Below are positions 49,143-59,519 of a stretch of DNA of 64,000 bases, piece after piece (position 1 is the stretch's first letter; every line of letters begins with the position of its first letter). The translations under genes were made by a program, and so were the position numbers. This stretch comes from an uncultured Chthonomonadaceae bacterium (GTDB lineage Bacteria > Armatimonadota > Chthonomonadetes > Chthonomonadales > Chthonomonadaceae). The notes beneath the pieces are model-generated. The model was not told the DNA's origin and did no database searches. It saw only the letters and a list, made by a program, of their open reading frames with translations. The stretch covers positions 224,001-288,000 of the forward strand of contig CAWFQB010000002.1 in assembly GCA_963817895.1 (NCBI GenBank). The letters run 5' to 3'.

Positions 49143-49619
49143 TTACCTATGTCCCGGCCCTTTGTCAAGGCGCAGGGCGTGGGATTGTACGGCGACGAAA
49201 TCGGCGGGCGGGGCGTAGCCGGGCCGTTTGCCCAACACACGCCCGTCCTCGTCGGCAAAAACCATTGTGGGGTATTCGTGAACGCCGTACTGCCGCGCCA
49301 GAGTGGGTTCCAACTCGCCATCCAATCGGATACATACAAATCGGCGAGATAATTCCACAACGCGGGGATCGGAAAACGTTTCCGCCTCCATTTTGGCGCA
49401 CCATTCACAGCCCTGAGTGTGAAACTCCAGCATCAGAGGACGGTGGACGGAGCGCGCGAAAGTCTGCGCCTGCGCCATGTCGGTATTCCAGGCGATGTCG
49501 CTGCCCGTCTGTCCGCCGCGCACCGCGCCCAGGATGCCGAAGGTGACAAGCAGCAGGAGGGGAAATCCCCATCCCAGAACGCGCGCTTTATTCGGTTTAC
49601 GCAGGTGTTTGAACCGCAT
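49143..49619 (-). CDS. Thioredoxin-like protein (SoxW/DsbD-gamma type)
   Basis: N-terminal TM; EFHTQGCEWCAKM; YGVHEYPT. Confidence 0.85.
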   Translation of the reverse strand: MRFKHLRKPNKARVLGWGFPLLLLVTFGILGAVRGGQTGSDIAWNTDMAQAQTFARSVHRPLMLEFHTQGCEWCAKMEAETFSDPRVVELSRRFVCIRLDGELEPTLARQYGVHEYPTMVFADEDGRVLGKRPGYAPPADFVAVQSHALRLDKGPGHR

Positions 49620-49704
49620 GGCAGTGTCAGGAAAAAGGAGAAAGGAAAAAGGAAAAAGCCTGTGATTTTGGCTTGCCCTACTCCCTCAATGGCATACATG
49701 CTTT

Positions 49705-50997
49705 TCAAGCAGCAAGCGCGTCCTCTTTTTCCTTTCTCCTTTCTCCTTTTTCCTGACCAAAGCAACTCAACAGCGCGGCGAGTAAAAGTGTGGGCGCGAC
49801 GTGCAGCGTCAGCCTGTCCACGCTGCTGATGATATGGGCGGGAAGCGCGGACGGCGTAATCATATAAATGCCAATGTAGCCGCAAATCTGTATTCCGGCC
49901 AGCAGCCACAGGGGACGCGCAAGGCGGATGCGGCGTTGATACGCGGCTGCAATTCCTGCCAGTAAAACTGCGCCGAACAATCCCCACGCGGGAAACCAGG
50001 GGCCGAGCCACAGCATCTGCCTGCCGAATCCATGTAGTATAGCGTACCACATTCGCCACCACAGCAGGCGAATCGTGAAATGCGGCGGATGCGCGGGCTG
50101 CATCACGTCGTTGGAAAGCGCCCATTGGTGTTTGAGCAACCACCAGGGGAGATATGCCAGGCCGGGAAGAAGCAGCCACACGAACGACGCGCGTTTGGCT
50201 TGCAAGTTATCGTGGGCGGATGACAGCGCGGGTTCTGTTGGCTCACCGGTTTCTGCCGCTAATTTGGCTGCGTTGGCTTCGGCGCTATCTACACGACTCG
50301 CCTCTTTGTTTATATTGTCGGCAGAAACCAGAGGGAAAACGCGGCGGGCATGACAAAAATGTAAGCCGATGACGCCAAAGGCGGACACGCAGGCAAGCAG
50401 ACCCTCGTTTTTCACCAGTATCACGCCTGCCAGCATCCAGCCGACAAGCCGCCACGCGCCCGTTTCCCGTTCGTTCAAAGCGCGTATCAGAAACACGCCC
50501 GCGCCGAGAAAGTACGCGGCAAGGGGAAGGTCGGCGTACCCGGAAACCGCATGAAGCGTCACTTCGGGTAGTCCACTCAACAGCGCGGTTGCCAGCAGAG
50601 CCGCCCATGCCGGAACATAGCGGATTGCGGACCCGGCGAAAATAATCAGCAGGTCGGCGTAAAACAGCAGTCCGTTCGCCTGCGCCCAATGCAGGTCAAT
50701 CCCGTCGAAGTGCCGATACGTCCACCACGACAGCAGGGGCGTCAGCAGGGGATAATCAAAATGGGCGTAGGGAAACGGCGCGGTGTTCTGCCATGCGGCC
50801 AAATTGCCGTCCACAAACAGCATTTTGGCTTTCAATTGCCAGATGGCAAGCGCGTCCCAATCCAGCCCGATCAGCCACAACCGTTCCAAAACTGTGAGTA
50901 TGCCGAGCAAAAGGGCGGCACAGTAATAGCCCTCACCCCCAACCCCTCTCCCAAAAAAGCCTGGGAGAGGGGAGTTACTTATACTTACATTTCCCAC
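49705..50997 (-). CDS. Polytopic membrane protein, GT-C glycosyltransferase-like
   Basis: WDALAIWQLKA, HFDYPLL.P, GYADLPLA, KNEG. Confidence 0.65.
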   Translation of the reverse strand: MGNVSISNSPLPGFFGRGVGGEGYYCAALLLGILTVLERLWLIGLDWDALAIWQLKAKMLFVDGNLAAWQNTAPFPYAHFDYPLLTPLLSWWTYRHFDGIDLHWAQANGLLFYADLLIIFAGSAIRYVPAWAALLATALLSGLPEVTLHAVSGYADLPLAAYFLGAGVFLIRALNERETGAWRLVGWMLAGVILVKNEGLLACVSAFGVIGLHFCHARRVFPLVSADNINKEASRVDSAEANAAKLAAETGEPTEPALSSAHDNLQAKRASFVWLLLPGLAYLPWWLLKHQWALSNDVMQPAHPPHFTIRLLWWRMWYAILHGFGRQMLWLGPWFPAWGLFGAVLLAGIAAAYQRRIRLARPLWLLAGIQICGYIGIYMITPSALPAHIISSVDRLTLHVAPTLLLAALLSCFGQEKGERRKEKEDALAA

Positions 50998-51142
50998 CCC
51001 TGACGGTTGAACATTGGATTGTATTATAGAGAGCGTTGGCTGTCTGCTTGCCGAGCTGGCAATTTAATTGTTCAGGCTCATCTCCCAATAAACCAGTCTC
51101 CCCTCTCCCAGGCTTTTTTGGGAGAGGGGCGGGGGTGAGGGC
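50930..51142. mobile_element. MITE/REP-like insert with ~45-bp terminal inverted repeats
   Basis: ccctcacccccaacccctctcccaaaaaagcctgggagaggggag and its near-perfect reverse complement at 51098-51142. Confidence 0.6.
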
Positions 51143-51847
51143 CACTAAACACAAAGCGCCCACAAGTACATAAACAGGCCATACCAGCGGCTTGCCGACC
51201 AACAAAACGCACACCTGCTGCGCGACGGCAAAGGCGGTCGCGCCGACAAGATGCGCGACGGCAACGTTCGCCCACCATGCCCCGAACGGGGGAGCGCGGA
51301 GCGTTAATTGCAGCAGCAACGCGCCCAAAACAACCACGACGATTATGCTGAACAGGCCGGAAAGCAGGCGTACAACGAATGGAAGGCGGGGATCAGGCGA
51401 ATTTAACGGAACTGTATTGGCGAAACGGGTGGCGAGGAATAACGACGCGCCTGTATCCCGTCCTGCCAACCGCCAGACGTTTGAACCGCTTTTTCGCTGC
51501 GCTTCCAGTACCGGGGCCATGCGCCCGAACGCCAAAATGCCGTCATAATGTGAAGCCGCGTCGGGAGGCAGATGGTTTAGAACAAGGTCAATGCGGTGTG
51601 GGTACAGGAAATAAATCAGGCGGGTATGGAAATGAAAATAGGTCGGGTCCTGATCGGACGCAAGCAGAAGCAGGCGCGTATGCGTGGGAAGCGGCGCAAT
51701 CCAATGCGCCGCTTCCTGTACGGCCTGCTCATCCGTGTCATTCGCCAGACGATTTTGAACAGGCAAACGCCACACGACAACCAGCGCGTTTGCCACTCCT
51801 ACCAACAGGGCCAGCGTCCATAGCCATTTCCAGCGTTGTTGATTCAT
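50975..51847 (-). CDS. Membrane protein (possibly the N-terminal part of 49705..50997)
   Basis: Several TM segments; Y.LYP motif. Confidence 0.6.
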   Translation of the reverse strand: MNQQRWKWLWTLALLVGVANALVVVWRLPVQNRLANDTDEQAVQEAAHWIAPLPTHTRLLLLASDQDPTYFHFHTRLIYFLYPHRIDLVLNHLPPDAASHYDGILAFGRMAPVLEAQRKSGSNVWRLAGRDTGASLFLATRFANTVPLNSPDPRLPFVVRLLSGLFSIIVVVVLGALLLQLTLRAPPFGAWWANVAVAHLVGATAFAVAQQVCVLLVGKPLVWPVYVLVGALCLVALTPAPLPKKPGRGETGLLGDEPEQLNCQLGKQTANALYNTIQCSTVRGGKCKYK

Positions 51848-52704
51848 GCGGCGGCGGCAAAGATGGGCTGCAATCCCCGCCCATACGCGCGCAGTTCCGC
51901 CAGTTCTTCCGCTTCGAGAGGGCGGAAATCCTGCGCCAGATCGAGCGCGAGCCGGAACAGGCGCGGGTCGCCGGGGGGAACGGCAGCGGTGACAGGCTGC
52001 GAAAGGGTGAAGCGCAGGGCAAGGCTTGCGTGATGCGGGTCAGTCAGCGGCTCGTACCAGCAGTGCGGGAACGGGCGTTCCGCGTCCTGTTTCCAGCTTG
52101 TGCGCGCCATTGCTTTCAAGGCCAGCCGCGCGACTCCCTTTTCCTGCGCGCGGGCGATAATCTGCGGGCCGAAATTGCCCTCATAATAGGTGACGAAGTT
52201 GATGGGGAACAGGGCGGACGCGAAATCGAACCTGTCCATCGCCAGCAGCGCGGCCTCGACGGAGTGCGCGCTGAAGCCCAGATGCCGTACCAGTCCGGCC
52301 TGCTGCGCTTCCACAAACGCTTCCATCGCGCCGCCGGGTCCGAAGCAGGTTTCCACTTCTTCAACCGTCGTGATGTGGTGCAGTTGATACAGATCGAAAT
52401 GATCCGTTTGCAGATACTTTAAGGAACGGTGCAGTTCCGCAACCGCGCCCGCCTTGTCCCGCGCCTCGGTTTTGCAGGCCAGAAATACATTATCGCGGTA
52501 CGGTTTCAATGCGGGGCCAAGCCGCTTTTCCGTCTCCTGCTCCCTGCCGTAACTGGGCGCGACATCGAAATACGTGACGCCCCGCTCAATCGCTTCTCCC
52601 ACAATCCGGTCAGCCTCGCCCTGTTCCATGTCCACCAGAACCACGCCGCCCAATCCGATAATCGAGAGTTTGTCCCCCGTCCGCCCCAATACCCGTTGTT
52701 CCAT
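51844..52704 (-). CDS. Aldo/keto reductase
   Basis: LGRTG..LSIIGLG, YFDVAPSYG, TDHFDLYQLH, RHLGFSAH. Confidence 0.9.
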   Translation of the reverse strand: MEQRVLGRTGDKLSIIGLGGVVLVDMEQGEADRIVGEAIERGVTYFDVAPSYGREQETEKRLGPALKPYRDNVFLACKTEARDKAGAVAELHRSLKYLQTDHFDLYQLHHITTVEEVETCFGPGGAMEAFVEAQQAGLVRHLGFSAHSVEAALLAMDRFDFASALFPINFVTYYEGNFGPQIIARAQEKGVARLALKAMARTSWKQDAERPFPHCWYEPLTDPHHASLALRFTLSQPVTAAVPPGDPRLFRLALDLAQDFRPLEAEELAELRAYGRGLQPIFAAAA

Positions 52705-52862
52705 GCTGTTGTTGCCCCCGAAATGAAAATTTAGCCGCGAATGAACGCGAATAAACGCGAATGTCAATGAGATACTGTATCATACCTGAAAGAAGAAACA
52801 AGAAACGAGATACAAGATACAAGATACGAGCCGAACACCTAACAACCTGACAACCTGACAAC

Positions 52863-54023
52863 CTAACCTCCGTACTGCTCCGGCAGCCAGTCGCGCTTCA
52901 CGCAGTCGCGGAAACTCCAGCCGCCGCCACTCTCGGTTTTGTAGGTCCAGAAGAACCAGCCGCGCGTGGTTTCGTAGCTGATAACCTGCGCGCTGCCGTA
53001 AGCGCGAACGGCGGCATCGGCAGAAAAGCCGTTCAGCCCGCGCAGGGATTGCGGGTCAAGGGCGCATGACCATTCGCCCACCATGCCCGGCAACTGCTGC
53101 TGCATCCGGTCTAATTGCCGCTTGCGCTCCAGCCCGGCGATTTCCAGATGCGCGTAGATGTCGCGCTTTTTATCGTCGTCCGTGTAACACTGGTACAAGT
53201 GCGTGTCAAGAACCACATTACTATACTCCGGCTCCCGCATAAAGTTGGCCCACTCGTTGGGCCGAAAGCCATCGTGGATAACAACCGCCGTTCGCTCCCT
53301 GCCGACATGCTTGCGGACACGCGCGTATGCGTCCTGATAATACGTTTTCAAAATGTCCAGCGGCACATCCCATCGCGGCTCATTGAGCAGTTCAAAACCG
53401 ATAAAGTTGTCATACGCTTTGCAATGCGCGGCCAGATCGTCCACGACGCGCAGGGTATGCGCGATATTCTGCGGGCTGACGTGCCAGCCGAGTTCGCCCG
53501 CTTTGCCGCTGTGATCCCAGCCGTTCTGACTGCCGGGAGCGCCATGCAAATCCAGCAAAACCCCAATGCCGTTCGCTTTTGCCGTCCGAAACGCCCAGTC
53601 CAGCGTTTCCGCGCCATTAATGAAGGGCGGGTTGTCCTCCAGAATCCAGTAGCCGACCGGCAGCCGAACCGCGTTCAATCCCCGCGCCGCGATCCACTTG
53701 AAATCCTCCGCCGTAATCCATGTTTCGCGGTGCTGTTTCAAACGCGCGGTTGCCTTATCTTTTCCCAACTCGCGGCAAAGCGCGTACTCGTCCCCACCCT
53801 GCGCGTCCGCAAACACACCCGGCGTAATCCATTTTTCCAATACCAGCCAACTGCCTAAATTAACGCCGCGCCATTTGCTGTTCGCCTTCGGAACCTGTTG
53901 ACCGGCGGGAACGGTTGCAGGCGGCGTACTCGTCTTAGCTGTCTGCGCGATTGCCGTTTGCGCATTCAGCAACCCTGCGGCCCCGGCAAGCGTCGCGCCC
54001 CGTAAAAATCTGCGTCTGTCCAT
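52863..54023 (-). CDS. Glycoside hydrolase family 5 (exo-beta-1,3-glucanase-like), Tat-exported
   Basis: RRRFL Tat signal; GVNLGSWLVLEKW, DLHGAPGSQNG, ELLNEP, VGEWS, FFWTYK. Confidence 0.9.
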   Translation of the reverse strand: MDRRRFLRGATLAGAAGLLNAQTAIAQTAKTSTPPATVPAGQQVPKANSKWRGVNLGSWLVLEKWITPGVFADAQGGDEYALCRELGKDKATARLKQHRETWITAEDFKWIAARGLNAVRLPVGYWILEDNPPFINGAETLDWAFRTAKANGIGVLLDLHGAPGSQNGWDHSGKAGELGWHVSPQNIAHTLRVVDDLAAHCKAYDNFIGFELLNEPRWDVPLDILKTYYQDAYARVRKHVGRERTAVVIHDGFRPNEWANFMREPEYSNVVLDTHLYQCYTDDDKKRDIYAHLEIAGLERKRQLDRMQQQLPGMVGEWSCALDPQSLRGLNGFSADAAVRAYGSAQVISYETTRGWFFWTYKTESGGGWSFRDCVKRDWLPEQYGG

Positions 54024-54400
54024 GAAGTTCTTCGCGCCTTTCTCATCCCGGCACAATCGGTCTTCTGACCGCTGCTCTATATAGTTCTGCGTCTATTATA
54101 CACCGCAGATTATAACTCAAGATCGGACACAGAGCAAACGCCTTGTGGAAGCATAATATTACTTCCGCAATGCGTTTGGTTTTAAATTTGGATGATGTTT
54201 TCAGAGGAATTCTGCGCAGGCATGTTGAACTGCCATAATAGCATGATTGCCTGCAAGCCCCCGAACCGTAGCCGTAGCGTAAGGAAGCGATGCGCCTGTT
54301 CCCTTCGGCTGGCAGCGCTCTTCGCAGGCGCGTACAGGCTGATGCCGTCGCTTCCATTCCCGACCAATGCTGATTTCTCTCGACCGAGAAGGAGTTACTC

Positions 54401-56033
54401 ATGTTCACTGCTCTGCGCAAATCCTGCTCTACTCGTATCGTGAAGACTGCGCTCGCGTCTGCGTTGCTTCTCCTGCCTGTGGTATCTTACGCGCAAACCT
54501 TTTTCGGTTCCGGCGGATCCACAAACACAGCCCCAAATGCGCCGAATGTGGCTCTTGGCTACCAGGCTCTCTTCTCCAACACTACCGGTGGTAACAACAT
54601 CGCCACTGGCTATCAAGCCCTCTTCTTCAATACTACCGGTTCCATAAACACCGCCAATGGCTACCAGGCGCTCTATTCCAACACTACTGGCGACAGTAAC
54701 GTCGCTAATGGCTACCAGGCCCTCTTCTTCAATACTACAGGTAGCGGTAACATCGCTAATGGCTACCAGGCGCTCTACTCCAACACTACAGGTTACGGCA
54801 ATACTGCCTATGGCGTCTCCGCTCTGCTCTCCAACACCACTGGGTTCAACAATAACGCCAATGGTACGGATGCGCTCTACTCCAACACGACCGGTACTGA
54901 TAACATCGCTATTGGCACAGCGGCTCTCTACCTCAACATCACCGGCCACAACAACACCGCCACCGGTAGTTTTGCTCTCTACTCCAACACCAGCGGTGAC
55001 AGTAACATCGCCACCGGTAATCTTGCTCTCTACTCCAACACCATCGGCGCCTACAACACCGCCAGCGGTTATCGATCCCTCTTCTCCAACACCACCGGCG
55101 CTTACAACGTTGCCAGCGGCTTTGAAGCCCTCCAGGCCAACACGACAGGCAACTACAACACAGCCAATGGCGTCGCCGCCCTCCTCTCCAACACCACCGG
55201 CGAACAGAACATCGCCAACGGCATCTCTGCCCTTGCTTCCAATACTACGGGTACTTACAACGCGGCCAACGGCGCGAATAGCCTCTTCGCCAATACGACC
55301 GGCAACTACAACACGGCCAGCGGCGCCTATGCTCTGTTCTCCAACACGACGGGCAGCAACAACATTGGCATGGGCTTCGGAGCCGGTCAGAACCTGACCA
55401 GCGGCAACAACAACATCGCAATCGGTAGTCAGGGCGTCGCAGGCGAAATCGGGAACCATTCGTTTAGGCGCGCCGGGACTGCAAGGCGCAACTTACATCG
55501 CGGGCATCAACGGCGTGACAGCAAGCGGCGGCGTAGCAGTTTATATCAACGCCAACGGGCAACTCGGCACAATCACGTCCTCACGCCGCTTCAAGAACGA
55601 GATTCAGGATATGGGTTCGGTGAGCGAGAAACTGATGCAGTTACGGCCTGTTACGTTCCGCTACAAGGACACGGCAGAGAAAGGAACGCACGCGCGGCAA
55701 TACGGCTTGATTGCCGAAGAAGTGGCGAAGGTGTATCCCGATCTGGTTCAGTACGACAAAGCGGGCAAGCCCTTCACCATCTACTACCACCTGCTCACCC
55801 CGATGTTGTTGAACGAACTTCAAAAAGAACACCGGCAGCAGCAGGCGCAGAAGACGGAACTTTCAACTTTGAAAACCGCTCACGCAGTGGAAATCGCCGC
55901 CCTGAAATCGGAATTAACAGCCCTGAAACAGACGCAGCAGCAGCAATTCGCCGCAATAACGAAACTAACAACCCTCGTGGCCGCGTCTCAGAATAAAGCG
56001 TCGGCGCAAAAAGCCGTTTATATGCCGCGCTGA
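54401..56033 (+). CDS. Secreted 14-aa repeat (beta-solenoid) protein with C-terminal peptidase S74 chaperone domain; frameshift ~55450
   Basis: ~20 copies of NTTG..N.A.G..AL.S; SSRRFKNEI..LRPVTFRYK..YGLIAEEV..YPDLV, then a coiled coil. Confidence 0.8.
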
Positions 56034-56069
56034 TGGAAAAGTCAGGTTGATTGGAAGGAAACCCCTGCT

Positions 56070-56954
56070 ATGCCCGCTACGGAGAACATTCTGGACGCCG
56101 CGTTTATGAAGAAACTGGAACGGCTGTCACTGGTCAGCCGCAAAGCGTTCGCGGGGCAGATGAAGGGCGAAAAACGATCCGTAAAGCGGGGAACCAGCAT
56201 CGAGTTCGCGGATTATCGCGAATATATGCCCGGTGACGATCTGCGCTATGTGGACTGGAACACCGCCGCGCGTTCCGACAAGATGTTTCTCAAGCTGTTT
56301 GTCGAGGAGGAGGATTTGTACCTTGCCCTGCTTCTCGACAACAGCAAAAGCATGGACTTCGGCAATCCCAAAAAGCTGCATTACGCCGTCCGCCTGTGCG
56401 CCGCGCTGGGCTACATCGGCCTGACCAATTATGACCGCGTTTCCATCCAGCCGTATGCCGACGGATCGGGACGGCCTATGCCCACGCAGCGCGGCAAGGG
56501 CGGCGTGATGCCGTTCTTCTCCTATCTGGAAAAAATTCAGCCGGGAGGAACCACGTCGTTTGCCGCCAGCATGCGCCGCTTCGCCGCAACCGTGAAAAGC
56601 AAGGGCGTGGCGATTGTGGTATCGGACTTCTTTGACCCCAACTGGCAGGACGGCCTGAAATCCCTGCTGGCGCGCGGCTTTCAGGTGGTTGTGCTGCACA
56701 CCCTTTCGGAAGACGAAATCAAGCCTGTCCTGCTCGGCGACCTGCGTATCATTGACAGCGAAACGGGCGATTCCAAAGAGATGAGCGTGAATCCGCAGCT
56801 GATGGCGCGTTACCAGCAGACCTTCGACGCCTTTTGCGCGGAAATCGAATCCTTCTGCCACCGCTACGGCATAGATTACCTGCGTACCTCCACTGCCACG
56901 CCCTTTGAAGATTTGGTATTGAAGTATCTGCGGCGGGGAGGGTTGGTAAAGTGA
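56070..56954 (+). CDS. DUF58 (vWA-like, MoxR-associated) protein
   Basis: GTSIEFADYREYMPGDDLRYVDWN, LDNSKSM, VVSDF. Confidence 0.9.
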   Translation: MPATENILDAAFMKKLERLSLVSRKAFAGQMKGEKRSVKRGTSIEFADYREYMPGDDLRYVDWNTAARSDKMFLKLFVEEEDLYLALLLDNSKSMDFGNPKKLHYAVRLCAALGYIGLTNYDRVSIQPYADGSGRPMPTQRGKGGVMPFFSYLEKIQPGGTTSFAASMRRFAATVKSKGVAIVVSDFFDPNWQDGLKSLLARGFQVVVLHTLSEDEIKPVLLGDLRIIDSETGDSKEMSVNPQLMARYQQTFDAFCAEIESFCHRYGIDYLRTSTATPFEDLVLKYLRRGGLVK

Positions 56955-56976
56955 GAGTAAGGACTCGCCAGTAAAC

Positions 56977-59388
56977 TCAATAATTGTTCACATTGCTGAG
57001 TCGCGCGTCAAACCAACCGAAGACCCGCTCCCATAAATCCTCAATTTGTCGCGGCGTCCACGAAAACCAGCTATGCGTCCCGTCTTTGTACCGGGCCATC
57101 ACTACCTCTTTGTCCAGGCGGCGCAGCCCGCAGAACATCTCTACCGCCTGTCTTATGTGGCCGTGATCCTCTTCTCCGACGATCAGCAGCAGGGGCGTCT
57201 CAACCCGGTCGAGGTAAAAGACGGGCGAATTGCGGATGTAACGCTCCTGCTGTTCCCAGAGTGTGCCGCCCATTCGCCCCTGTTCCCCCTCGAGCCACCC
57301 CGTCCAGCCGGGGCCATCGGCATCGCCCCCGCCCAGATAGAAACTCACCAGGTTTCCATTGGGAGCGCTGCTCACCGCCGCCTTGAACCGTTGCGTCTGT
57401 GTAATCAGGCAGTTGACCATATAGCCCCCGTAACTGTGGCCGATGACGCCGACACGTTCGCCATCCACCAGCCCGGTTGCAATTGCGGCATCAAGACCCG
57501 ACAAAACTACCTGCGTAATCTCCTGTAACGGCTCATTGCCCGTCAGGGGAATATCGGGATGCAGGACGCCATAGCCATGCGCCACAAAATACTCCGGGTT
57601 CAACACCACGGAAGCCTCCGCCCGATTGAAATGCTGGATGTACCCGGATACAATAGCGCCCGGATAGCCCCAGACAATCAGGGGCGCTTTCGCTTCGGGA
57701 GTGGCAGTTGGCGGAAGGAGCAAAATACCTTTCGCTGTTCGGTTGTCATCCAGGTTCCATTCCAGAAGTTGGGGCTGTGAGAAGCGGACACCGCGCAGAC
57801 GAGGGTTGACACAGGTGACTTGCCGCGCCGCATGAGTGGCCGGGTCGAAGAGATAAAGGTCGGGAGGGGTTGTCGCGTCCTCCCTGTGAAAGACGAACGC
57901 TCCCGTCTCTTCAGCGACATCCAGAAAGAAATGGTCTGCCCGAACAAGACAGTCCGACATTTCGAGCAGCGGGAATGCATCGCCCCCTGACAGCGGCACT
58001 CGGTAGAAGCCAACTTTGCCCTTTTCAGAATCGCGCGCGAAGACCATAATCGCCGCGCCGCCATCCATTGTCTGGGCCGTGCCGCTTACATTCGGGCTAA
58101 CAATCATGCGGGCTTGCAAATGGAGATTGGGCGTGAGGTTTCGGGGCGGACTGCCATCCAGAGAAAACTGCCACACCGCGCCCTCTCCAACGCAGAAAAG
58201 GCGCGCGCTGTCGGGCGTCCAGAGTGGCGGCTCGTAATCGTTGTTGAAACCCGGCAGGGGAGTTCCCTCCACTTCGAGGCGGCGCGTCTGTTCCTCCGGG
58301 CTGTTTACAGCCTCCTGCGTCAGTATGCGCAACACGCCATTCTGTACGTTTATCACAATCACATCTTGCTTTTCCGTTGATTCGCTGCCGCCGGTCGTGT
58401 AAGCAAGATGGGCGCAGTCCGGGGACCAGGCGAAAGCAACGCCGTAGCCCAGGGGAAGGCCGGTAATCCATGGAGAATGTTCGGGTGTCTGCCCATCCTG
58501 CGACAGCAACGGGTTGGCGGGAACAGGAATCAGGTAGAGATCAAAAATCGGCTCGATGCGGCTCATATCTTCAAAACGGACATTTCCGCTGACGGCAAGC
58601 TGCCTGCCGTCGGGAGCAACTTCAAAACTGCGGATGCTGGCGCCACTCTGAATACGATGCGCCACTCCCGTCTGCGCATCAGCCATCACAAGGTCCGTTA
58701 CCCCGCCAAAAGCGGTCGCGCCGCCGGCGCGCATCGGAATCGCCTCTGCCGTTGGAGCGCGCCTCGCGCGGGCTGCCGGCGACTCCCAAATTTTGGGATC
58801 ATCTGTCTTCTCCGGTTCCGTAGGCGCGGCAGACGGCGAAGGTGTTTCGCGTTGTGAAACCGGCAGCGCTTTGAAGAAAACATGGCGGCTGTCGGGCGAC
58901 CAACGGGCTGTTTCAAACTCGAAATGAACGTATACCACAGGCTCGGCAAAGACGCGCAGGTGATCGGTGTCTCGGCGCCAGACACAGAGATGCGCCTCGC
59001 CTGTGTGGTCGGAAAAGAAGGCCAGACTCTGACCATCCGGCGACCACCGCCCGCCCCAACTGGTTCCTGTCTCTGTCAAGGCCCATGACTTGCTTTGCTC
59101 AATGTCGAGAACGTATGCCGTACAGCCCACCTGTACGCGGGGCACATGGTTTTCTATGCGGCTCGCGCTCTCCTGAACCTGCTGAAGATAGTTGTGGGTG
59201 GTGTAGGCCAGGAAGCGACCATCCGGGGACAAATCCAGCGGTGTACGCCCCCAAAATTCATGGAAAGCAAGCCCATCTTTAACGGTAAATCCTCTCGTGT
59301 CAGAAGCAGTTTGCAGAACTTCAGGCACGGAGCAACCTCCTGTATAGAAAGCGGACAGTTCGCTATCCCTCCTGGTCAGGATAATCAT
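56977..59388 (-). CDS. S9 family peptidase (beta-propeller + alpha/beta hydrolase)
   Basis: WSPDG repeats; GHSYGGY; SPV..TPLLLIVGEED; Y..GTH. Confidence 0.9.
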   Translation of the reverse strand: MIILTRRDSELSAFYTGGCSVPEVLQTASDTRGFTVKDGLAFHEFWGRTPLDLSPDGRFLAYTTHNYLQQVQESASRIENHVPRVQVGCTAYVLDIEQSKSWALTETGTSWGGRWSPDGQSLAFFSDHTGEAHLCVWRRDTDHLRVFAEPVVYVHFEFETARWSPDSRHVFFKALPVSQRETPSPSAAPTEPEKTDDPKIWESPAARARRAPTAEAIPMRAGGATAFGGVTDLVMADAQTGVAHRIQSGASIRSFEVAPDGRQLAVSGNVRFEDMSRIEPIFDLYLIPVPANPLLSQDGQTPEHSPWITGLPLGYGVAFAWSPDCAHLAYTTGGSESTEKQDVIVINVQNGVLRILTQEAVNSPEEQTRRLEVEGTPLPGFNNDYEPPLWTPDSARLFCVGEGAVWQFSLDGSPPRNLTPNLHLQARMIVSPNVSGTAQTMDGGAAIMVFARDSEKGKVGFYRVPLSGGDAFPLLEMSDCLVRADHFFLDVAEETGAFVFHREDATTPPDLYLFDPATHAARQVTCVNPRLRGVRFSQPQLLEWNLDDNRTAKGILLLPPTATPEAKAPLIVWGYPGAIVSGYIQHFNRAEASVVLNPEYFVAHGYGVLHPDIPLTGNEPLQEITQVVLSGLDAAIATGLVDGERVGVIGHSYGGYMVNCLITQTQRFKAAVSSAPNGNLVSFYLGGGDADGPGWTGWLEGEQGRMGGTLWEQQERYIRNSPVFYLDRVETPLLLIVGEEDHGHIRQAVEMFCGLRRLDKEVVMARYKDGTHSWFSWTPRQIEDLWERVFGWFDARLSNVNNY

Positions 59389-59519
59389 AATGGAGAAGAA
59401 ACCGGGTTAAGGAATGGCTTTGAGGGTTTCAAAGCTCTTACAAAGCGCTCTTTTAGCGTATTAGGGCGCGCTGATATTATTAAGACTGACAGCAGCAGAT
59501 CATTAGTTCTCTATGAGGA

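Noticed and set aside
54550..55420. 42-bp periodic repeats as a CRISPR-like or DGR-like array
   Set aside because: Variation is synonymous or codon-level within a 14-aa protein repeat.
54395..55459. 354-aa minus-strand Val/Gly-rich ORF
   Set aside because: Antisense shadow of the repeat protein.
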